From the IMG/VR virus record IMGVR_UViG_3300048802_000015, positions 1 through 64,000 of that record: a stretch of DNA of 64,000 nt; one strand, given 5' to 3'. The notes beneath the pieces are model-generated. The model saw only the letters and a program-made list of their open reading frames with translations, ran no database searches and was not told where the DNA came from. The stretch's first letter is position 1; each line of letters starts with the position of its first letter. This document shows, piece after piece, positions 42,366 to 52,365 of this stretch. The position numbers and the translations under genes were made by a program. The DNA comes from a virus. Lineage: Duplodnaviria; Caudoviricetes.

Positions 42366-42874
42366 GGAACACCTCGACAGAGGCAGGGCATAGCACCGTC
42401 TCCCCTCCTCCTCTCTGGGGACTCGGTAGGGTCCGCAGAAACGATAGGGATCGCGAGCGAGCTATCAGAGGCAGAGCGCGACTTCTGGCGAGCCACACTG
42501 GGGACGATGTGTGTGGGTGCTTCTCGTCTTGCTCTTCGGGTGGGATCGCAAGCGATCCGCCCTGGCTGGTGAGTCCAGGCATGCGCCCCTCATAGCGCAG
42601 GCCCCGCCTTCTTCCACGGCCGGTGTGATCCGTGGCCCTCCGGGCGTTGGGACTGATAGGGCCGTCGCCCTGGTCCGCATTTCGTCTCCCGACGTTACTG
42701 CGCGACTCCAGCCCGGCGTGAAAGCCGGAACAGCGCCCGAACCGGCGCCAGTAGCAGTCCTCTTGACGAGGACCCAGGCATGTGGGAAAGTCTTCATGTC
42801 TTGGTCGCGCTTGACAGCATAGCGCCCCGCCGGCCTCAAAGCTAGCGGGGCGTTCGGCTGTCTGGGCTACGCTA
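42366..42874 (-). ncRNA. Candidate structured RNA in the tail operon (~510 nt)
   Basis: No credible ORF; about ten short inverted repeats (see findings). Confidence 0.45.
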
Positions 42875-44176
42875 TCACCCACCCAAGCCTCCCGAGCTAT
42901 TGGTCTGCGGCGCACCCCACAACGCGCTCATTGTTGCGGCGTAAGCTGTCGCATCCGGAATCAAGATCGGCGGTGCCCCCAGGTCGCTCGGTCCAGTTGG
43001 AGTCGCCGGCACTTCCGAGCTGTCAAGATCGTTGAACTCTGCGATCAACACCCACAACTCGCTGTTCCCATCGTAGTATTTCGCCGCCAAGTCGCGCAGG
43101 TCGGAGCCCGCCGGTGGCCTCACTTCTGCAATCACGATCGGCTGGGACTGGCTGGCCAGGATGGCGGCCTGCTGGGCGACCTTCTCGGACGTGAGGTCGA
43201 CTGACTCCAAGACGTCGAACTGCTGCCCCATACCATCGAGTTGGTCGAGCGGGTCGTCGGTCGGGAACAGCGCCAGCTTTGCCTGCTTGGCCTGCCGCCT
43301 GACGAACAAGCCCGCGTCCACCCAATCCTGGCCCGTCAGCCCCTCGACTATTGGCCAGAGGCCACAGACGGCGTCGTAGGCGGCCCGCACGTTCATGCAA
43401 GACCCAACCACACGATCGCAAGCGCCCCGCACACGGTCGGCGACGTTGGCCGGTAGCTCGGCCCCGGATTGGATGACGTCGGTAGCCGTGTCGAGTACCG
43501 TCATGGCGTTGGCGAAGGCGCTCTGCGCATCGTCCAGGGCGTTGTTGACGGTCGCAAGCGCGCTGGTGCCGGCGCCGAGAATGCGGTAGGCCGACTCCTG
43601 CCAGCTCGAGATGTCCGTGGAGGTCTGCAGGAGCGAGTCGGACAGGAAACCGAATTCATCCGCCTTGGTGGCTATCGCCGAAGGTCCGGCCCCGAACGTG
43701 GGCGCCGTGGTCTGGAGGTCTTCGCCCCGCCACTCGAACTCGATGGTCCAGGGGATGATCTGCGGAATCTCAAACTTTGGATCGATGCTCTTGATGATGC
43801 CGCGGCGAACGATCGCCACGTCATTGAATCCCCCCGTCGCGCCCCCGCCCCACCTGACCTCGACCGGGAAGCCGCGATCGACCACGTACTCGATGCGCTT
43901 GACGAGCGCCCGGGCATTCCCATCACCCAGGGCGGCGTCGTACCAGACGCCCGTGATGGTGGTGTTCTCCTTCGTGGAGCCAAAGACCTGCTGGCTGCCT
44001 ACCGGGTTGCCGGGGTAGTAAGTGGTCTTGCTCCGCATCTTGGTGGGGAACGAGACGCCCCTAAAGGGCAGCATGGTGCCGATGAGGTCGATCTGGGTCG
44101 TGCGGTCGGCGTCCCCGAGGTTGCCCTCCAGGAGCGTGATGGCGAACGCCGTGGCTTGGCTATCGGGCAGCGCCAT
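42875..44176 (-). CDS. Tail tube initiator / LysM-like baseplate protein
   Basis: Follows the tape measure; C-terminal LysM-like DLRDLAAKYYDGNSELWVLIAEFN. Confidence 0.7.
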   Translation of the reverse strand: MALPDSQATAFAITLLEGNLGDADRTTQIDLIGTMLPFRGVSFPTKMRSKTTYYPGNPVGSQQVFGSTKENTTITGVWYDAALGDGNARALVKRIEYVVDRGFPVEVRWGGGATGGFNDVAIVRRGIIKSIDPKFEIPQIIPWTIEFEWRGEDLQTTAPTFGAGPSAIATKADEFGFLSDSLLQTSTDISSWQESAYRILGAGTSALATVNNALDDAQSAFANAMTVLDTATDVIQSGAELPANVADRVRGACDRVVGSCMNVRAAYDAVCGLWPIVEGLTGQDWVDAGLFVRRQAKQAKLALFPTDDPLDQLDGMGQQFDVLESVDLTSEKVAQQAAILASQSQPIVIAEVRPPAGSDLRDLAAKYYDGNSELWVLIAEFNDLDSSEVPATPTGPSDLGAPPILIPDATAYAATMSALWGAPQTNSSGGLGG

Positions 44177-46020
44177 CAGAGCCCCCCTGCCATGCCGGTC
44201 GAGAGTCGTCCCTTGCCGGGCGAGTTGGCCAGGCCGCTGATCTCGTTCGTGACCCGGTGGAAGACGCGGTCTGGGTCGGCTTCCTTGAAGTCCTGGGTGA
44301 TCGTGAGGTTCTGGATGTTGATGTCGCCGTGGCCGCGGGGGACCTTGCGGAGGTTGGGCGAGGCGCTTTCGCCGGCCGCGAACCGAGCCATAAACTCGTT
44401 CATTGCCGTGGCGATCTGTAGCCCAAACTCCTTGGGCATCATCTTGATGTCCTCGGCACGCGCGTGCTTGACCGTCTCCGGCATTAGGTAGTGGAGCTCG
44501 TTGACCATCTTGGCGGCGATATCGGATGGAAGCCCTTCGAGCATGCCCCCCACTCCTGCAGCCGTCGCCTTCTGGCCCGGCTTGAGTCCCATGGATTCAA
44601 AGGCTGATTTCATGCTGGCAACAGCGGACTGTTCGCCGGCCTTGCCCTGGTCGCGCATCGCCACGGCCGCGCGTTCGAAATTGTGAACGCTGGTCAAAAG
44701 CGAAGCGGCGCCTCGGCCTTTTCCAAGTTCTTCGGTCTGCTTTGAATCGATGTACTTGGCCAGGCTGTCGGCCGCGATGTAGAGCCCGCCCAGTGCCTCG
44801 GTGACCATGAACGCCTTGCCGGCCATGCCGGCGAACTTCCCGATGGTGTCGCTCATGCTGGGGCGCATGGCCGTCGAAAGCTCCGTCCCGAGCTTCGCCG
44901 CCACACCGGATCCGTTTACGTTCACTACCCCGGCGTTCACGGTCATCGCGCCAACGGCGCCGGCCGCAGCCCCAGCCGCTCCTTCACCATGTGCCGCCCC
45001 CTTACCGGCGAACCCACTCATGAATCCGGCCAGCTTCGAAGCCGCGTAGATAGCGATCAGGCTCTTCCAATGGTCGACGATGAACCCCGTCGCGCTCTTG
45101 ATGGTCTGGAAGGCGCCGGCGATCTTCTCGCCGTAGATCGCCATGATGCTCTTCCCGTCCTCTTTGACCGTGCGGATCTTATCGACCCATTCGGAAAGGC
45201 TCTTGGTCTGTTCTTTGAACATCGGGCCGGTGAGGTCGCGCAGCATCTCGTCGACCAGCATCTTGGCTTCCGAGAGCGAGCCGGCCATGTCCTTACCCAT
45301 CCTCTGCGCGGCCGGGACCATGGATTTGAGCGAGCTGTCCATCTTCTCAAACATCTGCTCCGACGTGAGCTTCTTCCCACCGTGCTTGCCCCCGGTGTGG
45401 TGTTCGAGGTCGAGGGCATCTCGTAGAGCAATACCAAACGGAGTGACGGCGCGAATGTGCCCGGTGATGAGCGCGCGGTTGACTGTCGACACGGCCTCCT
45501 CCGCCGAGATTCCGTAGACCTTCGAGGCCGCTGCCAGCTTCTCGGTAAGGTCGAGCACGCCCTTCTGGGACATGCCGAGGCGGCCGAACCCGATGGCGGC
45601 CACGCTGCTGTAGACCTGCCCCATCTGCTCGATAGGCTCGCGCAGGGCCATGGCTTGGCGGTGCAGCTCCTCGCCGACTTCCGCCCCCTGCTTCATCGAG
45701 TAGGTCATGCGGTCGACGGCCGAGATGCCCGGCTGCCATCCCTGCATGGCGAACTGCGTACCGGCCACGCTCTTGGTCACGCGGGCCATCTCCATGTTGG
45801 CTTCTTCGGCCTTTTCGAAGATGGCGTGGAGCCCGAACCCGAGACCTACCGAGGCCAGTGCTCCCGTGGCGGCGTGATGGGCGAACTCCCCCACCTTCTC
45901 GCGCGCATGCTCGGCCGCGTGGTGCAGGCGCTCAAACGAGGCCCCGATCTTGTCGGCCGTCGCTGAGGCTTCGTCTTTGGCAGTGAATGCGAGACCTTCA
46001 ACTTTGGTGTTCTCGCTCAT
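44176..46020 (-). CDS. Tape measure protein
   Basis: FTAKDEAS start; Ala/Gly-rich helical sequence; follows the chaperone. Confidence 0.8.
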   Translation of the reverse strand: MSENTKVEGLAFTAKDEASATADKIGASFERLHHAAEHAREKVGEFAHHAATGALASVGLGFGLHAIFEKAEEANMEMARVTKSVAGTQFAMQGWQPGISAVDRMTYSMKQGAEVGEELHRQAMALREPIEQMGQVYSSVAAIGFGRLGMSQKGVLDLTEKLAAASKVYGISAEEAVSTVNRALITGHIRAVTPFGIALRDALDLEHHTGGKHGGKKLTSEQMFEKMDSSLKSMVPAAQRMGKDMAGSLSEAKMLVDEMLRDLTGPMFKEQTKSLSEWVDKIRTVKEDGKSIMAIYGEKIAGAFQTIKSATGFIVDHWKSLIAIYAASKLAGFMSGFAGKGAAHGEGAAGAAAGAVGAMTVNAGVVNVNGSGVAAKLGTELSTAMRPSMSDTIGKFAGMAGKAFMVTEALGGLYIAADSLAKYIDSKQTEELGKGRGAASLLTSVHNFERAAVAMRDQGKAGEQSAVASMKSAFESMGLKPGQKATAAGVGGMLEGLPSDIAAKMVNELHYLMPETVKHARAEDIKMMPKEFGLQIATAMNEFMARFAAGESASPNLRKVPRGHGDINIQNLTITQDFKEADPDRVFHRVTNEISGLANSPGKGRLSTGMAGGL

Positions 46021-46214
46021 TCGGTTCTACCTGCCTTCTCTTCTGCTTCAATTCGCCGCTGTAGCGCTGCTGCGAAATCCTCCGCTTGCTCGGTGGTCAG
46101 CTTCAGTATTTCGGAAAGTGGCTGGTGTCCGTACCTCGCAATGTAGCTGATGTGATCCCAGAGATTCCGCCGATGGCGCTCTAGCCGTTTGTCACTTTCT
46201 CGCTGGCTAAAAAA
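46017..46214 (-). CDS. -1 frameshift extension of the tail assembly chaperone (gpGT-like; not in the ORF track)
   Basis: Slippery T TTT TTA at 46208-46214. The -1 frame reads FSQRESDKRLERHRRNLWDHISYIARYGHQPLSEILKLTTEQAEDFAAALQRRIEAEEKAGRTE; its stop overlaps the tape measure ATG. Confidence 0.8.
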   Translation of the reverse strand, partial: FFSQRESDKRLERHRRNLWDHISYIARYGHQPLSEILKLTTEQAEDFAAALQRRIEAEEKAGRTE

Positions 46215-46630
46215 TCGGCCGTTGCCTTCACGGTCGGTAGGGCGATCTTTGAGAACCCGCGCAGCACGAGCTCGCGGACTGCCTGGCTGAGGCCCGAGAA
46301 GAATGTCTCCTTCTCGTTGTTGGTCCAGGTGATCTCCTTGCCGTCGGCCGAGACAACAGATCGCAAGGCACCTTCGTACTGATAGGAGGTCTTGCGAGTT
46401 TCGGCCGCCTGCAGCGCCTGAAGCTCCTCGGCGTAGGTCAGTTGGCGCAGCGTGATCGTCGTCGGGTCGGTCGGGAACTCGCGCACGCCCTTGGAGACCA
46501 GCACAGAGTTGCCGTCCTTGTCCTTGTCCTTGTCGAAGACGTCGTCCGGAATCGTGAAGGTGTGCTTCGGGATCTTCCCCAGCAGCGCCTGCTCGATGCT
46601 ACCAATATTCGCAAGATTTACGTCGGCCAT
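46181..46630 (-). CDS. Tail assembly chaperone (gpG-like)
   Basis: Between tube and tape measure genes; strong RBS; ITLRQLT motif. Confidence 0.75.
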   Translation of the reverse strand: MADVNLANIGSIEQALLGKIPKHTFTIPDDVFDKDKDKDGNSVLVSKGVREFPTDPTTITLRQLTYAEELQALQAAETRKTSYQYEGALRSVVSADGKEITWTNNEKETFFSGLSQAVRELVLRGFSKIALPTVKATADFLASEKVTNG

Positions 46631-46650
46631 TGGTCCTCCTGGTTGGGCCT

Positions 46651-47091
46651 TTAGAAGGCCGGAATCCACTTATCGGTCTTCCACGAGAAGTTCATCGTGT
46701 CGAAGGCGTCGCGGCTCGGCGAATTGAAGTCGCCCAGGTTCTCGAACGTGAGGCCTGGGAACGTCACGCGGAAGAGCGCGCCGCTGGGAAACTCCAGCCG
46801 GATGCCCAGGTTGATCTGGGTATCGTTGGCGCCGGCCTGCCGTGCACGCAGGTAGACCGCGTTCTGAAGTTGGAAGGGCGTGAGGTTCTCCGGCACGATG
46901 TTGAAGCCGCCCGAGCATTCTTCAAAGACTTCCCGGTGCCGGTTCGCCTGCTCGCCGAGATAGCCTTCGGAGATGTTCTTCAGGCCTAGCTTGTAGGTGA
47001 AGTCCTTCACCGTGGTGATCTCGGACAGGAGCAGACCCCCGCTCGTGATGCGCAGGGTGGTTTCGCTACCAAGGATTCTGAAGTCGGCCAT
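46651..47091 (-). CDS. Tail tube protein
   Basis: 146 aa directly after the sheath gene; EGYLGE motif. Confidence 0.75.
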   Translation of the reverse strand: MADFRILGSETTLRITSGGLLLSEITTVKDFTYKLGLKNISEGYLGEQANRHREVFEECSGGFNIVPENLTPFQLQNAVYLRARQAGANDTQINLGIRLEFPSGALFRVTFPGLTFENLGDFNSPSRDAFDTMNFSWKTDKWIPAF

Positions 47092-47100
47092 GACAGCTCC

Positions 47101-48912
47101 TTACGCAACCTGGGTGATGACGACGTTCGGACCGATGGCGGACTTGATGACGATGGTCTTCATCGAGCCGAGCATCTGGATCGAAACCTGGAAGAAGAAG
47201 ATCCCCTGTGCGTTCAGCTTCTGGGTATTACCGGCCGCCGCGCCATCGAGAATCTGGTAGGCCACCGACCGCGGGGCGATACCGGGGCCGGGGTTGACGA
47301 GCTGGTCGCAGTAGGCCCGCATGTCCGAGACGAATGCGTCCTGCCTCTCGGTAGTGCCGGGTAGCTTGGCGTAGTTGACCGCCAGGCCCCCGATGACGTC
47401 CTGGACCTCGTCGGCGAAGCTGCGGCGGTTGTCGTCGATGCGGCTGACGAACGTGGTCGTTGGGTCGGCCATCGTGAGGCCGCTGTAGAACCACCATCCG
47501 GCCACGCGGTCTTTGACGAGCCACGAGATGCCGGCCGCCTTCGCGGTCACGAACTCGGACTCGACGAAGGGTGTGAGGGCGAACGCCGGCTCCTGGGCGT
47601 CGATGCTCTGGATGGAGTCGTTGAATGGACGCCCGACCGAGGTCAGGAACTCCGACCGTCCATCGTTGAAGAGGTTGACCTTCATGGCGGCGCGGAAGCC
47701 GCAGGAGCTGATGACGATGTCCTGGTTCAGCTCGGTCGAGAAGACCTGCTGATGCGGACCAGAAGCCCAGTAGCGATCGGCATCGGCGCCAGCGACAGAG
47801 TCACCTGAGCGCAGGCCCGTGTAGGCCGAGACCGCGGTCGACCGGTCGGTCAGGCTGGTGCTCTTGGCCGGTCCCACGGTCACGCAGGCCACGCGCCCGC
47901 GACCAACGCCGCTCGACGTCTTGGCATTGGCCCAGAGGTTCGCGCGCATACTGGCCGGCGTGATGGTAGCCATCTTCCAGTTGCGGGCCGACCAGATGGC
48001 AAGAATGTCGTTGGTCTCGTCCTTGCCAGGAACCATCGACGTGATGGCGGCGGCGTAGTTGGCGGCAATGCAGTCCGCGAGCGTGCCGGGCTGGGCCCCA
48101 CCCGCGGCCGGGGCAAAGATCGCCGTGGCGGCGGCAGAGACGTTGATCGTCGATGGCGTTCCCGAGATGACCGTACCGGCGTTCACGCCAGGAAGCGCGG
48201 TATCGATCAGGGTATCGATGCCCGCAATGGCGATCGTCTTGCCCTTCACGAAGAAGCAGGTGGCGCCCATGGTCGCGCCGCTCGCGACGTAGGTCAGAAC
48301 GCCGGTGGCAGGATCCTGGGTGAAGTTGATGCCGATCGTGAGCGTACCGGTGCACGCAGTTCCGGACGGGATTCGGATGGCCTGCGAGGTCGCGATCACG
48401 ACGGTTGCGGTCGAGAGCGCCTGGTCGGCGAACCTCGTACCCGCGGGAATGATGATGTCCTTGTTCGTTGCCGTGGTCGCGCCGTTGAGATCGGCCGCGT
48501 TCACGGTGATCGAGAACGAGACGAACGCCTTCACCTCGCTGGAATCCGCCACCACCATGTCGGTATCGACGCGGCGAATGACCAGGCCGCTGAAAGTCTT
48601 GCCCTTGAGCTCGGCCCAGCCATTGCCGTCGAATGCCACGCCCGCGCCGTTCTGGTCGTCGACCGCAGGATCGAAGCTGCCCTGACTGATCAGGGTGAAC
48701 TTCGTCGGGTCGTTCATGTACAGGTTCTCGACGTCGCCCTCGCCGCACACCTTCGGGATGAACGGGCCCTGGACGAACTCACCGACCAGGCCAGCCTGGC
48801 CAGGTTGGGTCTGCGCCGGCACTGTCGCTCCCGTACTGTCGACGATGACGATACGTTCCAGCTCCAGCAGCTTCTGAATGCTGGGCATGTCGGTTACTCG
48901 TAGAAAAAACAT
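47101..48912 (-). CDS. Tail sheath protein
   Basis: GLVGEFVQGP N-terminus; C-terminal RRSFADEV..NTQKLNAQGIFF. Confidence 0.85.
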   Translation of the reverse strand: MFFLRVTDMPSIQKLLELERIVIVDSTGATVPAQTQPGQAGLVGEFVQGPFIPKVCGEGDVENLYMNDPTKFTLISQGSFDPAVDDQNGAGVAFDGNGWAELKGKTFSGLVIRRVDTDMVVADSSEVKAFVSFSITVNAADLNGATTATNKDIIIPAGTRFADQALSTATVVIATSQAIRIPSGTACTGTLTIGINFTQDPATGVLTYVASGATMGATCFFVKGKTIAIAGIDTLIDTALPGVNAGTVISGTPSTINVSAAATAIFAPAAGGAQPGTLADCIAANYAAAITSMVPGKDETNDILAIWSARNWKMATITPASMRANLWANAKTSSGVGRGRVACVTVGPAKSTSLTDRSTAVSAYTGLRSGDSVAGADADRYWASGPHQQVFSTELNQDIVISSCGFRAAMKVNLFNDGRSEFLTSVGRPFNDSIQSIDAQEPAFALTPFVESEFVTAKAAGISWLVKDRVAGWWFYSGLTMADPTTTFVSRIDDNRRSFADEVQDVIGGLAVNYAKLPGTTERQDAFVSDMRAYCDQLVNPGPGIAPRSVAYQILDGAAAGNTQKLNAQGIFFFQVSIQMLGSMKTIVIKSAIGPNVVITQVA

Positions 48913-48923
48913 GGCATCTCCTT

Positions 48924-49586
48924 CTAGGGGGCGGTGAACGTCTCGGTCGTCGGAAGGCCAGTGCTATCCGTGAGGGTCTTGCTGATGGACAAGGCCATGG
49001 GCCACACGGGAACGACCTGCACTTTCGGCGCCGTTGCCGAAATCGTAAATGCCGCATCTCGTTTCTCGCGCATGGCCGTGTCCTCATTGTCTATCACGGA
49101 TCCACTCAGTAGGACAAACCTCCCGGTGAGTTGGTAGTATTCGGGCAGGTCGACGATGATGCCGTACCGCTGATCGGTGTCGTTTTGGAACGATTCCTCG
49201 ATGGCCCGCATGAGCACGGGGCGCTCGGCTGGCAGGTTGGTCCGCAGGACAAGCTGGAACTCGCACATCAGTTCTGCCGTCTTCAGCAGGGCCCACCCGG
49301 GCATGCCCTTGGGCTCCCAGGTGTCCTCCAGCAGACGCGGCGTCATGTGGGCGTCGCCGTACTTGAACTCGCCTGGCAGCACGCAGGCGGCCGGCAATGC
49401 CTCGGAATCGTTGAAGCTCGGCCACTCCTCGAACACCTCGGCGAACTGCTGGGCCTGGCTGCCCGCGAACGTGAGCGCCTCGATGTGCCGGCGTAAAGCC
49501 ATGGCCAAGGCGTTGCGCACATCCAGCGATGCCGTGCGGCTGAACTGCGCCAGCGGCATCTGCTGGGGGAGGTTCGGGAAGGTCAC
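48924..49586 (-). CDS. Tail terminator/completion protein
   Basis: Position before the sheath gene; LPAACV motif. Confidence 0.55.
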   Translation of the reverse strand: MTFPNLPQQMPLAQFSRTASLDVRNALAMALRRHIEALTFAGSQAQQFAEVFEEWPSFNDSEALPAACVLPGEFKYGDAHMTPRLLEDTWEPKGMPGWALLKTAELMCEFQLVLRTNLPAERPVLMRAIEESFQNDTDQRYGIIVDLPEYYQLTGRFVLLSGSVIDNEDTAMREKRDAAFTISATAPKVQVVPVWPMALSISKTLTDSTGLPTTETFTAP

Positions 49587-50173
49587 GTCTGCGGCCCCCT
49601 GGCGATCATGGCCTCAACGTCGTTACTGACCTGCATGGTCAAGATCGGCTTCGCCTGGGCCAGGATGTTCTTTGCCGGCAGACCGCGCCGCTTGATAGCT
49701 CGTGCGATCAGGAAGGCAATGGCGCGTGCTCGGCTATCCTGCGTCCAGCGAGTGCGGAAGCGAAATGCTGCCTTCTCTGCGCCCGCCGCGCGCATCTTTC
49801 TGCGGGCGCGTCGCTCGCGTGTGGACATGCCATCGCGGTCCATGCCGTGCAGGTGCACCCACCGGGCAATGGCTTCCTGACCCTCCTGCGATACACCCGT
49901 GCCGGGACGACGCCCCCTCTCGATGATTCCCGCCTGCTTGGTCGGGTTATAGAGAAAGACTCCGTCGGTGATGTTGCGTACCTTCCACCCACGCCGATAG
50001 TCGCCGGTGTTGACCGGGGGGTGCGGACGCACGCCATCGATCACGGCCTGAATGATCGCGGGACCGTAGGTCTTCACGGACACACGCATGGTGTCCACGA
50101 TCCCTGAGTGGTACTGGTGCACGACCTTCAGGGGCCACTTGCCGATGTCGGCCAGTTGGACGGTGGAGGCCAC
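49583..50173 (-). CDS. Neck protein (HK97 gp10-like)
   Basis: PVNTGDYRRGW..IIERGRRPG. Confidence 0.65.
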   Translation of the reverse strand: MASTVQLADIGKWPLKVVHQYHSGIVDTMRVSVKTYGPAIIQAVIDGVRPHPPVNTGDYRRGWKVRNITDGVFLYNPTKQAGIIERGRRPGTGVSQEGQEAIARWVHLHGMDRDGMSTRERRARRKMRAAGAEKAAFRFRTRWTQDSRARAIAFLIARAIKRRGLPAKNILAQAKPILTMQVSNDVEAMIARGPQT

Positions 50174-50784
50174 TACGCTTGCCTCCGGTCGAAGGTCTGG
50201 TTGCGGCTGCGGTCGGTGTTCTGCTTGTTGAGCGGGATCCTCCACTGGCTGCCGCCGCGCATGAGCGTTGGAACCGCCGCGTGGACGTACCGCCGGGGAA
50301 TAGTCTTGGGAAAGCCGGGACGGTTTTCTTGGACCTCCCAGAAGTATTCGCCGTTTCGCTTCCCCGTCCGGGTGATCGCCGGGTCAATCAGGTCGGGCGT
50401 CTTGCCCGTGAGGTCGTCCTCGCTGTACTTGGCGCTGATGCGGTCGACGACAATCCCACCCTCCTCGACTCGCCCAAAGGCGCTTAGGACTTCGGTGGTG
50501 GCGCTCATGTCTCGGATGCGCGGCGTGGGAAGGATCTCACGTCGGCTGACCTCGATCGGTTGGCCGTCTCCTACTTTGACGCCAGTCCAAAGTACGTGGA
50601 CAATGAAGACCCGATAGGGGCGCAGGCCAAGAGCTGTTGGAATTTGCCGAATGCTGTCAACGATGGGCGAGAGACCGCTCATCAGGCTCTGCTTGACCTC
50701 ATCCGGACGTAAAGGCCGCACCGACCCAGCGAGCTCGGGCAGCTCGGCCGCGAAGTCGTTCTGGTCAGTGCGGTCTCCGGCCAT
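50173..50784 (-). CDS. Head closure/stopper-like protein
   Basis: Position in the neck module. Confidence 0.5.
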   Translation of the reverse strand: MAGDRTDQNDFAAELPELAGSVRPLRPDEVKQSLMSGLSPIVDSIRQIPTALGLRPYRVFIVHVLWTGVKVGDGQPIEVSRREILPTPRIRDMSATTEVLSAFGRVEEGGIVVDRISAKYSEDDLTGKTPDLIDPAITRTGKRNGEYFWEVQENRPGFPKTIPRRYVHAAVPTLMRGGSQWRIPLNKQNTDRSRNQTFDRRQA

Positions 50785-50799
50785 CGAAGGCCTCCGGGG

Positions 50800-51030
50800 T
50801 TAGGTCAGGCCGCCCATGGCGTCGTGCCAGGCGCCGTCGTCTCCGGCAATATTGAAGGCCTGGTCGTCGCTATTCCATATGCGGGTTCCCGGCAGGAACG
50901 TGTTGGCGGCGGGCCTGGTGGCATCGGTGCAGACCTGGCGGGATTCGATCGCGGGCGCGCCAACGGTCTCGGTCTGGCGGAAGTTCCCGTTGCCCAGGTC
51001 CTCCGTCATGATGTTCTTTGAGTCGGCCAT
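50800..51030 (-). CDS. Small virion-module protein
   Basis: RPAANTFLPGTRIWNSD motif; RBS present. Confidence 0.55.
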   Translation of the reverse strand: MADSKNIMTEDLGNGNFRQTETVGAPAIESRQVCTDATRPAANTFLPGTRIWNSDDQAFNIAGDDGAWHDAMGGLT

Positions 51031-51066
51031 GATGAGTTCTCCTTGTGAGGCGAAGGGGACTCGCGC

Positions 51067-51918
51067 CTAGGCGAGCGTGTGGGTGTGGGCCGGCGAGGTC
51101 GGCGTCACGGTAAACGTATACCAAAAGGCGAAAGAGTGCGCGGCGTCCGCGGCGGTCGTTGGGGCGATGGTGAACGCCGTGGCGTCGACGGTTCCGACGG
51201 TCTCGTCCAGACCGTTCACCTGCTCCTTGTAGACTGCGAAGGCCGTGGCGGCCGGGCTCTTGTTCGTGGGGACGCCGAGGGCGGCACCGAGTCCGATCCC
51301 AACGGTGCCGGCGAAGCCGCTGCCACCGGTGATGGTCGCGCTCGTGAGCGTGGCGTATGCCTTGTCGGTCACGACGGTGCGGGTTCCGCCGCTGGTCGAG
51401 ATGTCGATCGCCTGAGTCGCGGCGTTTCCGTTCTGGTCGACGCCTACGAGGGTCAGCGTTCCGGCCGTGCTACCGGTAACGATACGCACCTGGAGCTTGC
51501 GGGCCACGTCGGGCTGGAGCGCCAGGGTAAGCGCCACGTTGGACGGTAGGACAGCGTTCACCACGCTAACAAGCTCGGCCAGCTTGGTGGTGGACGGGAA
51601 CTCCACCTTGCGCGCCTGCACTAACGCGCTGACGGTTGTGGTCGTGTTCTGCACCGTCACGCCGTTGACGTTCGCACCGACCGTAAGGGTGCCGACCGCG
51701 AACTCCGGAATGCCGTTGCTCCAGAAGTACGCCACGACGCCGGCCCGCTGGGTTTCGAGCGCCGTGTAGTCGCCCGCCACGAGCCCCTTGAGCTCGCTGG
51801 AGACGTTGACCGCCGGGCCGTAGGTGAGCGAACCCACCTTGGCGGGAGCCGTGACGGAGCGAGTGCCCTTCGCGAGCACGACATCGGTTCCGGTAAGATT
51901 GCAAACAAGCAGCGGCAT
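51067..51918 (-). CDS. Virion structural protein (decoration/fibre-like)
   Basis: Thr/Ala/Gly beta-rich; in the head-neck module. Confidence 0.6.
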   Translation of the reverse strand: MPLLVCNLTGTDVVLAKGTRSVTAPAKVGSLTYGPAVNVSSELKGLVAGDYTALETQRAGVVAYFWSNGIPEFAVGTLTVGANVNGVTVQNTTTTVSALVQARKVEFPSTTKLAELVSVVNAVLPSNVALTLALQPDVARKLQVRIVTGSTAGTLTLVGVDQNGNAATQAIDISTSGGTRTVVTDKAYATLTSATITGGSGFAGTVGIGLGAALGVPTNKSPAATAFAVYKEQVNGLDETVGTVDATAFTIAPTTAADAAHSFAFWYTFTVTPTSPAHTHTLA

Positions 51919-51931
51919 TGTGGGATCCTCC

Positions 51932-52345
51932 TCAGTGGAAAACGGGGATGTTCAGCGGCAGTCTGCCGCCCGATTGGAAAGCGGAAGCGTAGGCGTTAAT
52001 GGGCGCCCCGAGATTGTCGTAGAGCTTCTGGACCCAGTAGCGGTACTCGCCACGAAGCTGGTCTGCCTCGTCCGGGTTCAGGTCAATCTCATCAACGGAC
52101 TTGGCCACCATGCGGGTCTGGGACCCGAAGATGTTGGCCTCGGTAGCGTCGCACCTGGCGACCAAGGTCCGGATGATGGCGATGGCGCTCTCGGGGATGT
52201 GCTCCATCGCCGACTCCACCAGAAACGCCGGCTGCGTGGCCGCAGGTACACCAAGAATGATCGCGCTGGCGGGGAAAATCTGCAAATAGCCGCCGTGATA
52301 GCGGATCCGCGCCTTCTCCTCTTCTGTGAGAACCGCGTTCGCCAT
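51932..52345 (-). CDS. Head-tail adaptor-like protein
   Basis: LTEEEKARIRYH N-terminus; position. Confidence 0.6.
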   Translation of the reverse strand: MANAVLTEEEKARIRYHGGYLQIFPASAIILGVPAATQPAFLVESAMEHIPESAIAIIRTLVARCDATEANIFGSQTRMVAKSVDEIDLNPDEADQLRGEYRYWVQKLYDNLGAPINAYASAFQSGGRLPLNIPVFH

Positions 52346-52365
52346 CGTCTCCTAGGTCGTCGCGC

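Noticed and set aside
42358-42915. ORF-track proteins 42358-42915, 42465-42839 and 42511-42822
   Set aside because: They have no RBS, no GC3 bias and non-protein-like composition, so the region is treated as non-coding.
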